In this document: in pieces, positions 1-9,606 of the stretch
Numbering within the stretch: the first letter of the stretch is position 1
Layout: each line of letters starts with the position of its first letter
DNA from: Terriglobia bacterium
GTDB taxonomy: Bacteria > Acidobacteriota > Polarisedimenticolia > Polarisedimenticolales > JAIQFR01
DNA length: 64,000 nt
Reading direction: 5' to 3'
NCBI GenBank assembly: GCA_963748015.1
Contig: CAVVHE010000004.1
Location: 416,001 to 480,000, forward strand
Program-made: the position numbers and the translations under genes
Notes under the pieces: generated by a model
What the model was told of the DNA's origin: nothing
Database searches by the model: none
What the model saw: the letters and a program-made list of their open reading frames with translations, nothing else

Positions 1-2
1 GG

Positions 3-266
3 AAGGGGAGCCTCAAGTCCTGGGAGCTCGACGAGGAGATTCTCGGCCTCGAGTGCCTTGGAGACGACCGGGTCCGGCTCACGCTCGCCCTCGGCGGCAA
101 CGAGGCCTCGATCCGTCCCGACGACGTGCTCGCAGAGATCTTCGGCGAGCACGCACCCGGTCTCGACGTGACGCGCGAGGAGTTGCTCTTGGACTGGGGC
201 GGCCGGTTCCTCAATCCGCTTCTGGCGGCGACGGTGGCTTCCGATGTCGAGCGAGCTCCTCGTTAG
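3..266 (+). CDS. 3' end of a gene cut by the window edge; possibly TIGR03936/DUF2344 radical-SAM-linked protein
   Basis: Open frame KGSLKSWELDEEILGLE...ASIRPDDVLAEIF...APR* overlapping the rng start; this family commonly precedes rng/rne. Confidence 0.5.
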   Translation, partial: KGSLKSWELDEEILGLECLGDDRVRLTLALGGNEASIRPDDVLAEIFGEHAPGLDVTREELLLDWGGRFLNPLLAATVASDVERAPR

Positions 267-1797
267 CCGGCTCGGCGGGATGACCTGGGCGGCGCTCCGC
301 GAGGACGGCGCCACCGTCGAGCTGCGCGTGGAGCGGGAGGGGGATCGCGGCGCGGTGGGGCGCATCGTCAAGGGGCGCGTGACGCGGGTCCTTCCGGGGA
401 TCCAGTCGGCGTTTCTCGACGTCGGCTCCGGGCGGGACGCTTTCCTGCACGTGGGCGACCTGGTGCTCCCCGGCGAGCGCCCGCCCGAGCCCGCCCCCGG
501 CGTCGATCTCGAGCTCGCCCCCGCCGCGGACGACGAGGGCGAGGACGGAGAGGTTCTCGATCGTGTCGCCTCCCATCCGAGGTCCGTCGCGAGGGGAGGA
601 CCGATCGAGGACCGCTTGAAGCAGGGACGCGAGATTCTCGTTCAGGTCGCGAGGGAGGGGATCGGGACGAAGGGCGCCCGGGTCACCTGCTTCATCGCGC
701 TTCCCGGGAGATTTCTCGTCTACATGCCCCAGCTCGCCTTTCGCGGCATCTCGAGGAAGATCACCGATCCGGAAGAGCGCTCGCGCCTTCGGGCGGTCCT
801 CGAAGCGCTGCCGCCGCTGCCGGGCGGTTTCATCGTGCGCACCGCGGGTGAAGCCGCCGACGGGTCGGCGTTCCGGGCGGATGCGGAGATGCTGCGAGCC
901 GAGTGGGAGGCGATCGAGGCGCGCGCCGCCAGGAGCCCGGCGCCCGCGGTCGTGCACACCGAGCTCGATCTTCTCCTCAGGCTGCTTCGCGACGCGCCGC
1001 GCGAGGGACTCGACCGCATCGTGCTGGACGACCCGGACCATCACGATCGCGCGATCGCCTACCTGTCCGCCTTGGCGCCCGCGCTGGCGGCCCGCGTGCG
1101 TCTCCACTCGGGCCCGGCGCCCCTGCTCGAGACCCACGGGATCGACCAGGAGATCGAGAAGGCTCTCCGGCCGAAGGTTTGGCTCAAGTCGGGCGGGTAC
1201 CTCGTCATCCAGCAGACCGAAGCGCTGGTCAGCATCGACGTCAACACCGGCAAGTTCGTCGGCGCGACGCGCCCCGAGGAGACCGTGCTCCGCACGAATC
1301 TCGAGGCCGCGGCGGAGATCGGACGGCAGCTCAGGCTCCGGGACCTCGGCGGGATCATCGTCGTGGACTTCATCGACATGGATTCCCCGGACAACAGGAA
1401 GCAGGTCCTCGCGGCGCTGGAAGAGGCGCTTCGCCGCGATCGTGCCCGGACGAAGGTCGTCGGGATCAGCGAGCTCGGTCTGGTGCAGCTCACCCGCAAG
1501 CGGACGCGCCCGGGGGTGGGTGCCTCGCTGACGCGCTCCTGCCCGCTTTGCGGGGGCCACGGGCGGGTGAAGGCTGCCGAGACCGTCGCCCGGGAGGCCC
1601 TCTCCGAGGTATTGAGGCTGGCGCCGGGACTCGAGGAGCAGGCGGTGATCGTGCGCATCCATCCCGACGTCGCGTCGGTGCTGAGGCTCGCGCTCGAGAC
1701 GGCCGGCCCCCTGATCGAGCCGTCGCTCGCGGTGCGTATCCGCGTCGAGGAGGATCCGTCCGTCCGCCCCGATCGCTTCGACGTTCTCGCCGTCTAG
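244..1797 (+). CDS. rng: Rne/Rng family ribonuclease (RNase G-like)
   Basis: S1 region GRVTRVLPGIQSAFLDVG; catalytic IDVNTG and IVVDFIDM; CPLC Zn-link. Confidence 0.93.
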   Translation: MSSELLVSRLGGMTWAALREDGATVELRVEREGDRGAVGRIVKGRVTRVLPGIQSAFLDVGSGRDAFLHVGDLVLPGERPPEPAPGVDLELAPAADDEGEDGEVLDRVASHPRSVARGGPIEDRLKQGREILVQVAREGIGTKGARVTCFIALPGRFLVYMPQLAFRGISRKITDPEERSRLRAVLEALPPLPGGFIVRTAGEAADGSAFRADAEMLRAEWEAIEARAARSPAPAVVHTELDLLLRLLRDAPREGLDRIVLDDPDHHDRAIAYLSALAPALAARVRLHSGPAPLLETHGIDQEIEKALRPKVWLKSGGYLVIQQTEALVSIDVNTGKFVGATRPEETVLRTNLEAAAEIGRQLRLRDLGGIIVVDFIDMDSPDNRKQVLAALEEALRRDRARTKVVGISELGLVQLTRKRTRPGVGASLTRSCPLCGGHGRVKAAETVAREALSEVLRLAPGLEEQAVIVRIHPDVASVLRLALETAGPLIEPSLAVRIRVEEDPSVRPDRFDVLAV

Positions 1798-1813
1798 GGG
1801 CTAGGGAGTCCGC

Positions 1814-3550
1814 ATGAGTCGAAGGAGTCGCTGGTTCCTGGTGCTCGGGGGGTTCTTCGTCCTCTTCGTCGTGGTCGGGGCGCTCCTCGTCCTCTCCGTG
1901 GCCGGGGGCCCGTCCATTCCGCGTCGCTCCGTCCTCTGGGTGTCGCTCGGCGGGGAGATTCCCGAAACGGACCGGCGCTCGCCGATCGAGCGCCTCCTCC
2001 TCCGGCGGGTGCCGACGGTGATCGAGCGCCTGGGGGTTCTCGAGGCCGCCGCGGCGGACCGCAGGATCGCGGCGGCGGTGGTCGAGCTGAAGGGGTTCGG
2101 CGGGGGATGGGCGAAGGCGGACGAGATCCGGGAAGCGCTGGTCGCCTTCCGGAAGAGCGGCAAGCCGCTCGTCGCCTTCCTGGAGTCCGGCGAGACCAAG
2201 GACTACCTCGTCGCCACCGCGGGGGAGCGGATCGTCATGCCGCCGAGCGGCGTGCTGCTCGTGAACGGGCTCCTGGCCGATGTGCCGTTCTACAAGGGGA
2301 CCCTGGACAAGCTGGGTGTCCATGCGGATCTCGAGCACATCGGAGCCTACAAGGGCGCGTCCGAGACCTACACGCGGGACAGCATGTCCGACGCGGGGCG
2401 AGAGGCCATGAGCCTGGTCCTGGACGGCCTGTACGGCCGGCTGGTGTCGGTGGTGGCGGGCGCTCGCTCCCTTCCCCGCGACCGAGTGACGCAGGCCTTC
2501 GACGAGGGGTTCCTCACGGCCGCCCGCGGGAAGGAGCTCGGTCTCGTGGACGACCTGCTCTATCGCGATCAGCTCGAGGACGAGCTGGCGGAGAAGGCCG
2601 GAGGCGAGTTGCGCACGGTGACGGAGTCCACGTATCTCGCGACGCTCGGGGGCAAGGCGGGGGGCCCTCGCCTCGCGGTGATCCACATCGACGGCGTCAT
2701 CGCTTCCGGCCGGTCGGCCACCGATGCCCTGGGCAACGCCTCCACCGGCTCGGAGACGGTCGCGCGGGCGCTGCGCTCGGCGCGCGAGGACGACGGAATC
2801 CGGGCGCTGATCCTGCGAGTGGACTCGCCCGGGGGGAGCGGTCTGGCCTCCGACGTGATTTGGCGGGAGGTCGAGCTGACGCGGAAGGCGAAGCCGGTCG
2901 TCGTGTCCATGTCCGATCTGGCGGCCAGCGGCGGATACTACGTCGCCATGGGCGCGGACGCAATCGTCGCCGGGGAGAACACCCTCACCGGCTCCATCGG
3001 GGTGATCAGCGGGAAATTCTCCCTGCGCGGTCTCTACGACTGGATCGGTCTCAAGCGGGAGCAGATCAAGCGGGGGGAGAACGCGGACATCTTCACCGAC
3101 TACCGCCCGTTCACCGAGGGGCAGCGCGCGATCCTGGTGCGCCAGATGGAGTCGTTCTACGCGGATTTCGTCCACAAGGCGGCGAGCGGCCGGAAGAAGT
3201 CGGACGCCGAGATCGACGCGATCGGACAGGGGAGGGTCTGGACCGGCGGGCAGGCCCGGGAGAGAGGGCTCGTGGACGAGACCGGAGGGTTCGCGAGGGC
3301 CCTCGAGATCGCGAAGAAGAAAGCGGGCATCCCCGCCGGACGATCCGTTACCCTCGTGGAGCTGCCGGCGGCGCGGGGGCTGTTCGAGTCGCTGACCTCC
3401 CAGGACGGCGACGAGGCGCTCGGCCGGGGAGTCGTGCGGGCGCTCCTGCCCGCGCCCCTCCGCAAGGCGGCGTCCGATCTCGGCGTCGTGGATCGCGTCG
3501 CCGGGGAGTTCTACCTGTACCTCGATCCGCGCCTCCTCGGCTCACGCTGA
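1814..3550 (+). CDS. sppA: Signal peptide peptidase SppA (two-domain type)
   Basis: N-terminal TM; YKGASE Lys; LRVDSPGGS, AASGGY Ser, TGSIGV, GRVWTG. Confidence 0.93.
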   Translation: MSRRSRWFLVLGGFFVLFVVVGALLVLSVAGGPSIPRRSVLWVSLGGEIPETDRRSPIERLLLRRVPTVIERLGVLEAAAADRRIAAAVVELKGFGGGWAKADEIREALVAFRKSGKPLVAFLESGETKDYLVATAGERIVMPPSGVLLVNGLLADVPFYKGTLDKLGVHADLEHIGAYKGASETYTRDSMSDAGREAMSLVLDGLYGRLVSVVAGARSLPRDRVTQAFDEGFLTAARGKELGLVDDLLYRDQLEDELAEKAGGELRTVTESTYLATLGGKAGGPRLAVIHIDGVIASGRSATDALGNASTGSETVARALRSAREDDGIRALILRVDSPGGSGLASDVIWREVELTRKAKPVVVSMSDLAASGGYYVAMGADAIVAGENTLTGSIGVISGKFSLRGLYDWIGLKREQIKRGENADIFTDYRPFTEGQRAILVRQMESFYADFVHKAASGRKKSDAEIDAIGQGRVWTGGQARERGLVDETGGFARALEIAKKKAGIPAGRSVTLVELPAARGLFESLTSQDGDEALGRGVVRALLPAPLRKAASDLGVVDRVAGEFYLYLDPRLLGSR

Positions 3551-3570
3551 CCGGCGGCCGCGGCGAGCCA

Positions 3571-3619
3571 AGGAGCTTCTCCGAGTAATCGCGCGGCCCA
3601 CGGGATTACTCGGACCGGC
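3571..3619. repeat. REP-like palindromic element, copy 1
   Basis: TCCGAGTAATC-N13-GATTACTCGGA (3580-3614); related copy at 12813-12861. Confidence 0.75.
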
Positions 3620-3651
3620 TCCAGGGGCGCGGCTCCGGAGGAGCGCCGACT

Positions 3652-3680
3652 TTGACAGGGAGGGGATGGTCGCGTAACTT
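3652..3680 (+). promoter_or_regulatory. Sigma70-type promoter of the feoB operon
   Basis: TTGACA-N17-TAACTT upstream of feoB. Confidence 0.7.
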
Positions 3681-3687
3681 GCTTACC

Positions 3688-3702
3688 TGAGAATAGTTCG
3701 CA
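3688..3702. promoter_or_regulatory. Fur-box-like operator
   Basis: TGAGAAT-A-GTTCGCA, imperfect 7-1-7 repeat resembling TGATAAT-N-ATTATCA, at the predicted transcription start of an iron-uptake operon. Confidence 0.5.
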
Positions 3703-3717
3703 ACTAGAGGGATCGCC

Positions 3718-5718
3718 GTGCACGAGGCCCCGGGGACGTTGCTCGCCGAAGCGCGCGCGGGAGAGAGGGCCCGCGGCGGGATCGTGCTCGTGGGCAATCC
3801 CAACGTCGGCAAGAGCGCGCTGTTCGGCGCGCTGACCGGGCGTTACGTCACGGTATCCAACTATCCCGGCACGACCGTGGAGATCGCGTCGGGCGCGATC
3901 AAGCTCGGCGGCGAGAGGGTCGAGCTCCGCGATACGCCGGGGACCAACTCGTTCATCCCGTCGTCGGAGGATGAGAAGGTCACCCGCGACATCCTCCTGG
4001 CCGCCCGGCCGCGGGCCGTGGTGGTGGTGGGGGACGCCAAGAACCTCGACAGGACGATCCTCCTGGCCCTCCAGCTGTGCGAGATGTCCGTTCCCGCCGT
4101 GCTCTGCCTCAACATGATGGACGAGGCGCAGGCCCGCGGCATCGCGATCGACGCGGCGCGCCTCGAGGAGAAGCTCGGACTCGACGCCGTGGGGACCGTC
4201 GCCACGCGGCGGCAGGGGATCCCGGCCCTCGTCGACGCGATCGGGCGGGCAAGGACCGGACACGCCGCGGTCGAGTACCCGGAGCCGCTGCGCGCGGCAG
4301 CCGCGTTGCTCGCACCGCTCATGCCCGAGGCTCCGATCTCCGGGCGCGCCCTCGCGCTGATGGTCCTGGCGGGGGACGAGACGCTGGCCGGCTGGCTGCG
4401 GGAGCGCGTCCCTTCCGAGACCCTGTCGTGCATCGAGACCATTCGCCAGCGCGCGCGCCGCGCTTTCCGCGAGCCTTTGAGCTACGTGATCAACCAGGCG
4501 AGGATGCGCGCCGCCTGGAAGATCGCCTCCGAGGTCTCGCGGCGCACGACGGAGGGGAAACGCTCCGGCGCGCTCGCGGCAGCACGCCTCGACCGGCTCA
4601 CCATCCACCCCGTCTGGGGCATACCCTTCCTTCTGGCCGCGCTGTACGCGGCCTACCTGTTCGTCGGCAAGCTCGGGGCCGGGACGCTGGTGGGTCTCCT
4701 CGAGACCGTCGTCTTCGGGCGCTTCATCAACCCCTGGGTGACGGCGCTCGTGGACCGGACGATCCCGTGGGCGATGCTGAGGGACCTGATCGTGGGTCCC
4801 TACGGCATCGTGACCATGGCGCTCACCTACGCGCTGGCCCTCATCCTGCCGATCGTCGGGACCTTCTTCATCGCCTTCGGAGTCCTCGAGGATTCCGGCT
4901 ACCTGCCGAGGCTCGCGGTGATGGTCAACCGCGTGTTCAGGAAGATGGGGCTCAACGGCAAGGCGGTGCTCCCGATGATGCTCGGACTCGGGTGCGACAC
5001 GATGGCGACGCTGACCACCCGGATCCTGGAGACCCGCAAGGAGCGCCTCATCGTGATCCTGCTCCTCGCCCTCGGGGTCCCTTGCTCGGCGCAGCTGACC
5101 GTGGTGCTCATGATGCTCGGCTCGCTGTCGTTCGCGGCGACGGCGATCTGGCTCGGGATCGTGCTGGGCGTGATTCTCGTGGTCGGGGCCGCCGCCGCCC
5201 GCGTCCTGCCGGGTCGCGGGAGCGATTTCGTCCTCGAGCTCCCCCCGCTCCGGGTGCCCCGGCCGGGGAACATCCTCGTGAAGACCCTCGCGCGGATCGA
5301 GTGGTACCTCAAGGAGGCGGTCCCGCTGTTCGTCGTCGGGACGCTGATCCTCTTCGTCGCCGATCGCCTGAAGCTGCTCGGGGGCGTCGAGCGCGCGGCC
5401 GAGCCGGTGCTCGCGGGTGTCCTCGGGCTGCCGAAGGAGACGGCCGCGGCGTTCGTGATCGGCTTCCTTCGCCGGGACTTCGGCGCCGCCGGCCTCTACC
5501 ACATGGCCCAGGACGGGCGGCTCACCCCCGAGCAGGTCCTCGTGGCGGTCGTGACGATCACGCTGTTCATCCCGTGCATCGCGAACTTCTTCATGATCGT
5601 CAAGGAGCGCGGCTGGAAGACGGGCCTCGCCATCGCCGCGTTCGTCTTCCCGTTCGCACTCGCGGTCGGAGGAGCGCTCCACTGGTTCCTCCGCGCCGTC
5701 CCGATCCCGCTTCGATGA
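3718..5718 (+). CDS. feoB: Ferrous iron transport protein B
   Basis: GNPNVGKS, NYPGTTVE, DTPG, NMMD G-motifs; LEDSGYLPR and gate motifs; multiple TMs. Confidence 0.96.
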   Translation: MHEAPGTLLAEARAGERARGGIVLVGNPNVGKSALFGALTGRYVTVSNYPGTTVEIASGAIKLGGERVELRDTPGTNSFIPSSEDEKVTRDILLAARPRAVVVVGDAKNLDRTILLALQLCEMSVPAVLCLNMMDEAQARGIAIDAARLEEKLGLDAVGTVATRRQGIPALVDAIGRARTGHAAVEYPEPLRAAAALLAPLMPEAPISGRALALMVLAGDETLAGWLRERVPSETLSCIETIRQRARRAFREPLSYVINQARMRAAWKIASEVSRRTTEGKRSGALAAARLDRLTIHPVWGIPFLLAALYAAYLFVGKLGAGTLVGLLETVVFGRFINPWVTALVDRTIPWAMLRDLIVGPYGIVTMALTYALALILPIVGTFFIAFGVLEDSGYLPRLAVMVNRVFRKMGLNGKAVLPMMLGLGCDTMATLTTRILETRKERLIVILLLALGVPCSAQLTVVLMMLGSLSFAATAIWLGIVLGVILVVGAAAARVLPGRGSDFVLELPPLRVPRPGNILVKTLARIEWYLKEAVPLFVVGTLILFVADRLKLLGGVERAAEPVLAGVLGLPKETAAAFVIGFLRRDFGAAGLYHMAQDGRLTPEQVLVAVVTITLFIPCIANFFMIVKERGWKTGLAIAAFVFPFALAVGGALHWFLRAVPIPLR

Positions 5719-5993
5719 GCCGCGACGACGGACCCGCGCGGCCGCGGAGCGAGGATCCCCTCGCGGTCCCCTTCGTTCCTGTCGCCCCGCAGGGGAGCGA
5801 CGCCACGGTCTTCGCGTGCCCTCTCTGCGGCAACCGATTCACCCACGGCGGCCTGGTCTGCGGCTCCTGCCCGCTGAACATGGGATGTGAGATCATCCGG
5901 TGCACCAACTGCGGGTACCAGTTTCCTCGTTCGTCGAGAATCCTCGACTGGGCGCGCCGTGTCTTCCGGCGCGCGAGGGGCAGGAAGCCATGA
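5715..5993 (+). CDS. Small Cys-rich metal-binding protein (92 aa)
   Basis: ATGA overlaps with both neighbours; CPLC...CGSCPLNMGC...CTNCGY. Confidence 0.75.
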   Translation: MSRDDGPARPRSEDPLAVPFVPVAPQGSDATVFACPLCGNRFTHGGLVCGSCPLNMGCEIIRCTNCGYQFPRSSRILDWARRVFRRARGRKP

Positions 5994-6664
5994 GCCACGA
6001 ACAGGACCTCGCGGGGCACGAGATCGAGGAGCTCGCCGAGACGATCTGGAACCTCGACGAGGAGGGCGCCGACCGTCTCGAGGATCTCCGCCGCGGCCGC
6101 GACGCGACCGAGCTCGACGCGATCCTCGATCGCGCGCGCGATCTGGGCCTGGCGCGCCTCGACGGCGATCGCGTCGAGCTGACCGCCTCGGGGCGGGAGC
6201 TCGCGGAGCGCCAGGTGAGGAGGCACCGGCTCGCCGAGCTCCTCCTCTCGACGGTCCTCGAGGTCCGGGACGACGAGGCCGTCGAGCGGAACGCGTGCGT
6301 CATGGAGCACGTGCTCGGTCCCGCGGTGACCGAGTCGGTGTGCGCCTTCCTGGGCCACCCGAAGTTCTGCCCGCACGGCAAGCCGATCCCCGCCGGCGCC
6401 TGCTGCCGCTCGTTCTCGCAGACGATCGAGCCTCTCGTGCAGCCTCTCTCCAGGCTGGCCGTGGGCTCGCTCGCCCGCATCGTGTACATCGTCCCGAGGG
6501 ACGCGGAGCGCCTGAGCCGCCTCTCGGCGCTCGGGGTCGCTCCCGGCGCCACGCTGCGCCTGCAGCAAAAGGCCCCGGCGACCGTCCTGAAGCTCGGCGA
6601 GACCACGCTGGCGGTGGACCCGGAGATCGCCGGGGAGATCTACGTCAAGAAAGTCACCGGCTGA
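5990..6664 (+). CDS. DtxR/MntR-family metal-binding protein with C-terminal FeoA domain
   Basis: RRHRLAE, ACVMEH, GHPKFCPHGKPIP; C-terminal RLSALGVAPG SH3/FeoA-like domain. Confidence 0.88.
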   Translation: MSHEQDLAGHEIEELAETIWNLDEEGADRLEDLRRGRDATELDAILDRARDLGLARLDGDRVELTASGRELAERQVRRHRLAELLLSTVLEVRDDEAVERNACVMEHVLGPAVTESVCAFLGHPKFCPHGKPIPAGACCRSFSQTIEPLVQPLSRLAVGSLARIVYIVPRDAERLSRLSALGVAPGATLRLQQKAPATVLKLGETTLAVDPEIAGEIYVKKVTG

Positions 6665-6684
6665 CCGTCTTCCCGACCCGCCCG

Positions 6685-6714
6685 TTGCCGCGCGATCGGC
6701 GTACCGCCTATAAT
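6685..6714 (+). promoter_or_regulatory. Sigma70-type promoter
   Basis: TTGCCG-N18-TATAAT before the TPR gene. Confidence 0.6.
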
Positions 6715-6750
6715 CGAGGTCGAGGGATGAGGGGAGAACTTCGCGGCGGG

Positions 6751-7989
6751 ATGAAAACGATGAAAATCAGGATTTTCTTGCTAGCTGCCCTGGTCCTCGC
6801 GGTCGCGCCGCGCGCGCTCGCCATGGACGTCTCCACTGCCAAGGGGAAGGTCGTGGACACGGACGGGAATCCGATTCCCGGGGCCGTCATCACCTTCACG
6901 CAGGCCAGCCCGCCCAAGACGCCGTACGAGATCAAGACCGACAAGAACGGGACCTACTGGGTGCCGAACCTCCTGTACCGGCCCCCGGGGGCGTGGGAGA
7001 TGACGATCCAGGCCGAGGGGTTCTTCACCGGCAAGGTCAGCGTCGTCTGCCGCACCGCGAACCGAACCCTCGCCGGCGAGTTCGAGAGCAAGATTCGCGT
7101 CGGGACGCAGACGATCAAGCTGACCATCCCCGGGCTCGGCGAAGGGAAGATCGACTTCACCCTTTCGAGGGAGAAGGCTCCGGAGGCGGCGGCCCAGGCG
7201 GCGGCGGAGCAGGATCCGCTGGACGTCGCGCGGGGCAAGATCCAGAGCGGCGACTACGAGGGATCGGTCGAGCTCTTCCAGAAGGCGATCTCGGCCTCCC
7301 CCGAGGAACCCGAGCGGAGGCAGCTGTTCGCCTACGCGCTGCTCAAGCTCGACCGGCTCGGCGAGGCGGAGGCCCAGGCGACCCGCGCCGCGCAGCTCGC
7401 CCCCGACAAGTCGGGCTCCAACCTGATCCTCGCCGAGATCTACAAGACGAAGGGGGACGACGCCAGGGCCTGGGAGGCGCTTCAGAAGGAGCGCGCGATC
7501 GCCCCCGAGAACCCCCGCGTGCTCGAGCGGATCGCGTCTCTCGGCGCGGAATTGGGGAAGATCGACGAAGCGATCGCGGCGGGAGAGACGCTGACGCGCC
7601 TCAAGCCGGACGATCCGGAGGGCTGGATCGCGCTCGGCAGCCTCTACGCGGAGAAGAAGCAACTCGAGAAGTCGGAGCAGGCCTTCCGGAAGGTCGTGGA
7701 GCTCGATCCGGCCAACGCCGCGCAGACCTTCTACAACATCGGGGTCGTGCTCGCGAACAAGCCCGACATCTCCGAAGGGGACAACCGGAAGATCACCGAG
7801 GCGTTCCGCAAGGCGGTGGAGCAGAAGCCGGATTACGCCGCGGCGCATCGCGAGCTGGCCTTCGCGCTCCTGAGGAGCGGCGACTCCGAGGGCGCCCGGA
7901 AGGAGCTCGAGCGCTACCTCGAGCTGGATCCGAAGGCGGCGGACGCCGCCGAGATCCAGTCTCTGGTCAAGAGCCTGAAGAAGAAGTAG
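6751..7989 (+). CDS. Secreted protein: carboxypeptidase-regulatory-like domain plus TPR repeats
   Basis: Signal peptide ending ALA; GKVVDTDGNPIPGA...TDKNG; multiple TPR units. Start 6751 or 6760. Confidence 0.85.
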   Translation: MKTMKIRIFLLAALVLAVAPRALAMDVSTAKGKVVDTDGNPIPGAVITFTQASPPKTPYEIKTDKNGTYWVPNLLYRPPGAWEMTIQAEGFFTGKVSVVCRTANRTLAGEFESKIRVGTQTIKLTIPGLGEGKIDFTLSREKAPEAAAQAAAEQDPLDVARGKIQSGDYEGSVELFQKAISASPEEPERRQLFAYALLKLDRLGEAEAQATRAAQLAPDKSGSNLILAEIYKTKGDDARAWEALQKERAIAPENPRVLERIASLGAELGKIDEAIAAGETLTRLKPDDPEGWIALGSLYAEKKQLEKSEQAFRKVVELDPANAAQTFYNIGVVLANKPDISEGDNRKITEAFRKAVEQKPDYAAAHRELAFALLRSGDSEGARKELERYLELDPKAADAAEIQSLVKSLKKK

Positions 7990-7991
7990 AT

Positions 7992-8016
7992 CCGGCGGCG
8001 GGTCACGCGCCGCCGG
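7992..8016. terminator. Hairpin between convergent genes
   Basis: CCGGCGGCG-N7-CGCCGCCGG; no U-tract. Confidence 0.3.
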
Positions 8017-8587
8017 CCAGCATCTCCTCCACGAAGCGGCAGAGGAGGTGTCCGGCGAGGATGTGGACCTCCTGAATCCTCGCGGTGGCCTCGCCGGGCA
8101 CGATCAGCCGAAGCTCCGCCGCGCCCGCGGCTGCCCCGCCGTCACGACCGAGCAGGGAGGCCGTCTTGAGACCGAGCCGGCGCGCGGTGAGGAGACCGGC
8201 CAGTACGTTGGGCGAGTTGCCGCTGGTGGTGATGCCGATCGCGACGTCGCCGGGGCGGCCGAGCGCCTCGATCTGCCGGGCGAACACCGCCTCGAACGAC
8301 GCGTCGTTGCCGATGCTGGTGAGGACGGACCCGTCGGTGGCGAGCGCGATCGCGGCGAGGGCCGGCCGGTCCCTGTCGAACCGGTTGACGAACTCCGCCG
8401 CGAGGTGCTGGGCGTCCGCCGCGCTCCCGCCGTTGCCGAAGAGCAGGATCTTTCCGCCCGCCCGGAGCGAATCGGAGCACCACCTCGCGAGCGTCAGGAG
8501 ATCCTCGGCGTGCCGGTCGAGGAACGCGTCCACCACCCGGTGGTGCTCCGATCTCGCCGCCTCCACGATCTGCCGGAAATCGTCCAT
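8003..8587 (-). CDS. gmhA: D-sedoheptulose 7-phosphate isomerase
   Basis: GNGGSAADAQHLAAE, IGND, TTSGNSPN, ARIQEVH. Confidence 0.95.
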   Translation of the reverse strand: MDDFRQIVEAARSEHHRVVDAFLDRHAEDLLTLARWCSDSLRAGGKILLFGNGGSAADAQHLAAEFVNRFDRDRPALAAIALATDGSVLTSIGNDASFEAVFARQIEALGRPGDVAIGITTSGNSPNVLAGLLTARRLGLKTASLLGRDGGAAAGAAELRLIVPGEATARIQEVHILAGHLLCRFVEEMLAGGA

Positions 8588-8677
8588 CGTCCGCCTCCGC
8601 GCGGCCGCGCGGGACGGAGTATTCGACGCCGGAACCCCTCCGTCAAGCGGTTCCCATGCGGAGCTGGCGGGCGGACG

Positions 8678-9493
8678 ATGATCTCGACCTTCGAGCTCGA
8701 GGAAAGGGAAGGGCTGCTGCTCGTCCGCTGCCGGGCCCTCTCCCGCCTGCCGGGAATCGTCCATGCCTTCTCGACCGCCAGGGCCGACGGGGGAGGTGGG
8801 TTCGATCTGGGCACCGCCCTGAGCACCGAGTCCGTGGTCCTCTCCCGCCGCAAGCGATTCCTCGCCGCCGCCGGCTTCGGAGGCGCGACCGCGGCGGTCG
8901 TGCGGCAGGTTCACGGGGCGCGGCTCGTGGAGGCCGCGGCCACGGTGCCCGTTCCGGAAGCCGACGGCGTCGTCTGGGTCGAGGGGGATCGTTCCGGGCG
9001 CATTCCCGCCGTCCGGACCGCGGACTGCGTGCCCGTCCTCCTGGCGGACCGGCGGGGCCGGGCCGCGGCCGCGGTTCACGCCGGGTGGCGAGGGACCGCG
9101 GCCGGGATCGCGGCAGCCGGTGTCCGCGCCCTGGGGGACGCGGGCGTCCCGCCGGGGGATCTCGTCGCGGCGATGGGGCCGGCGATCCTGGCGTGCTGCT
9201 TTGAGGTCGGCCCGGAGGTCGTCGAGGCGCTCGCGGCGTCGGTGCCCGCCGACCGTGCTGCGGAGGTCGTGCGGCCGGAGGGGCGGGGGAGGGCGCGGGC
9301 GGACCTGCACGCCGCGATCCGGGCCCAGCTCGCCGCCGCCGGGGTTCCCGAAGACGCGGTCCATGCCGCGCCGTGGTGCACCCGCTGCCGCGAGGATCTC
9401 TTCCATTCCTACCGCCGCCAGGGGGCCGCCGCGGGGCGCATGATGTCCTGCGTCGGGCCGGCTCCCGGGGTGGGACGGGCGGGCCATCCTTGA
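8678..9493 (+). CDS. pgeF: PgeF/YfiH family protein (peptidoglycan editing factor)
   Basis: QVHG, ADG, TADCVPVLL, HAGWRG, GPAI..CCFEVG, FHSYRR. Confidence 0.92.
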   Translation: MISTFELEEREGLLLVRCRALSRLPGIVHAFSTARADGGGGFDLGTALSTESVVLSRRKRFLAAAGFGGATAAVVRQVHGARLVEAAATVPVPEADGVVWVEGDRSGRIPAVRTADCVPVLLADRRGRAAAAVHAGWRGTAAGIAAAGVRALGDAGVPPGDLVAAMGPAILACCFEVGPEVVEALAASVPADRAAEVVRPEGRGRARADLHAAIRAQLAAAGVPEDAVHAAPWCTRCREDLFHSYRRQGAAAGRMMSCVGPAPGVGRAGHP

Positions 9494-9518
9494 CGCCGGG
9501 GCCTCGGTAGGTCACAAT
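9490..9518 (+). promoter_or_regulatory. Sigma70-type promoter of yajC-secDF
   Basis: TTGACG-N17-CACAAT. Confidence 0.5.
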
Positions 9519-9606
9519 CCCCCGCTTCGTTCGCGAACGCCCCGGACGGCGAGGGCAAGGGGTCCTCCCGCCAGGTGGTCGCGTGCGCCCAAGGAGACGA
9601 ACGGCC

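Noticed and set aside
3571..3619. CRISPR repeat
   Set aside because: Two isolated copies 9 kb apart, with no spacer array and no cas genes.
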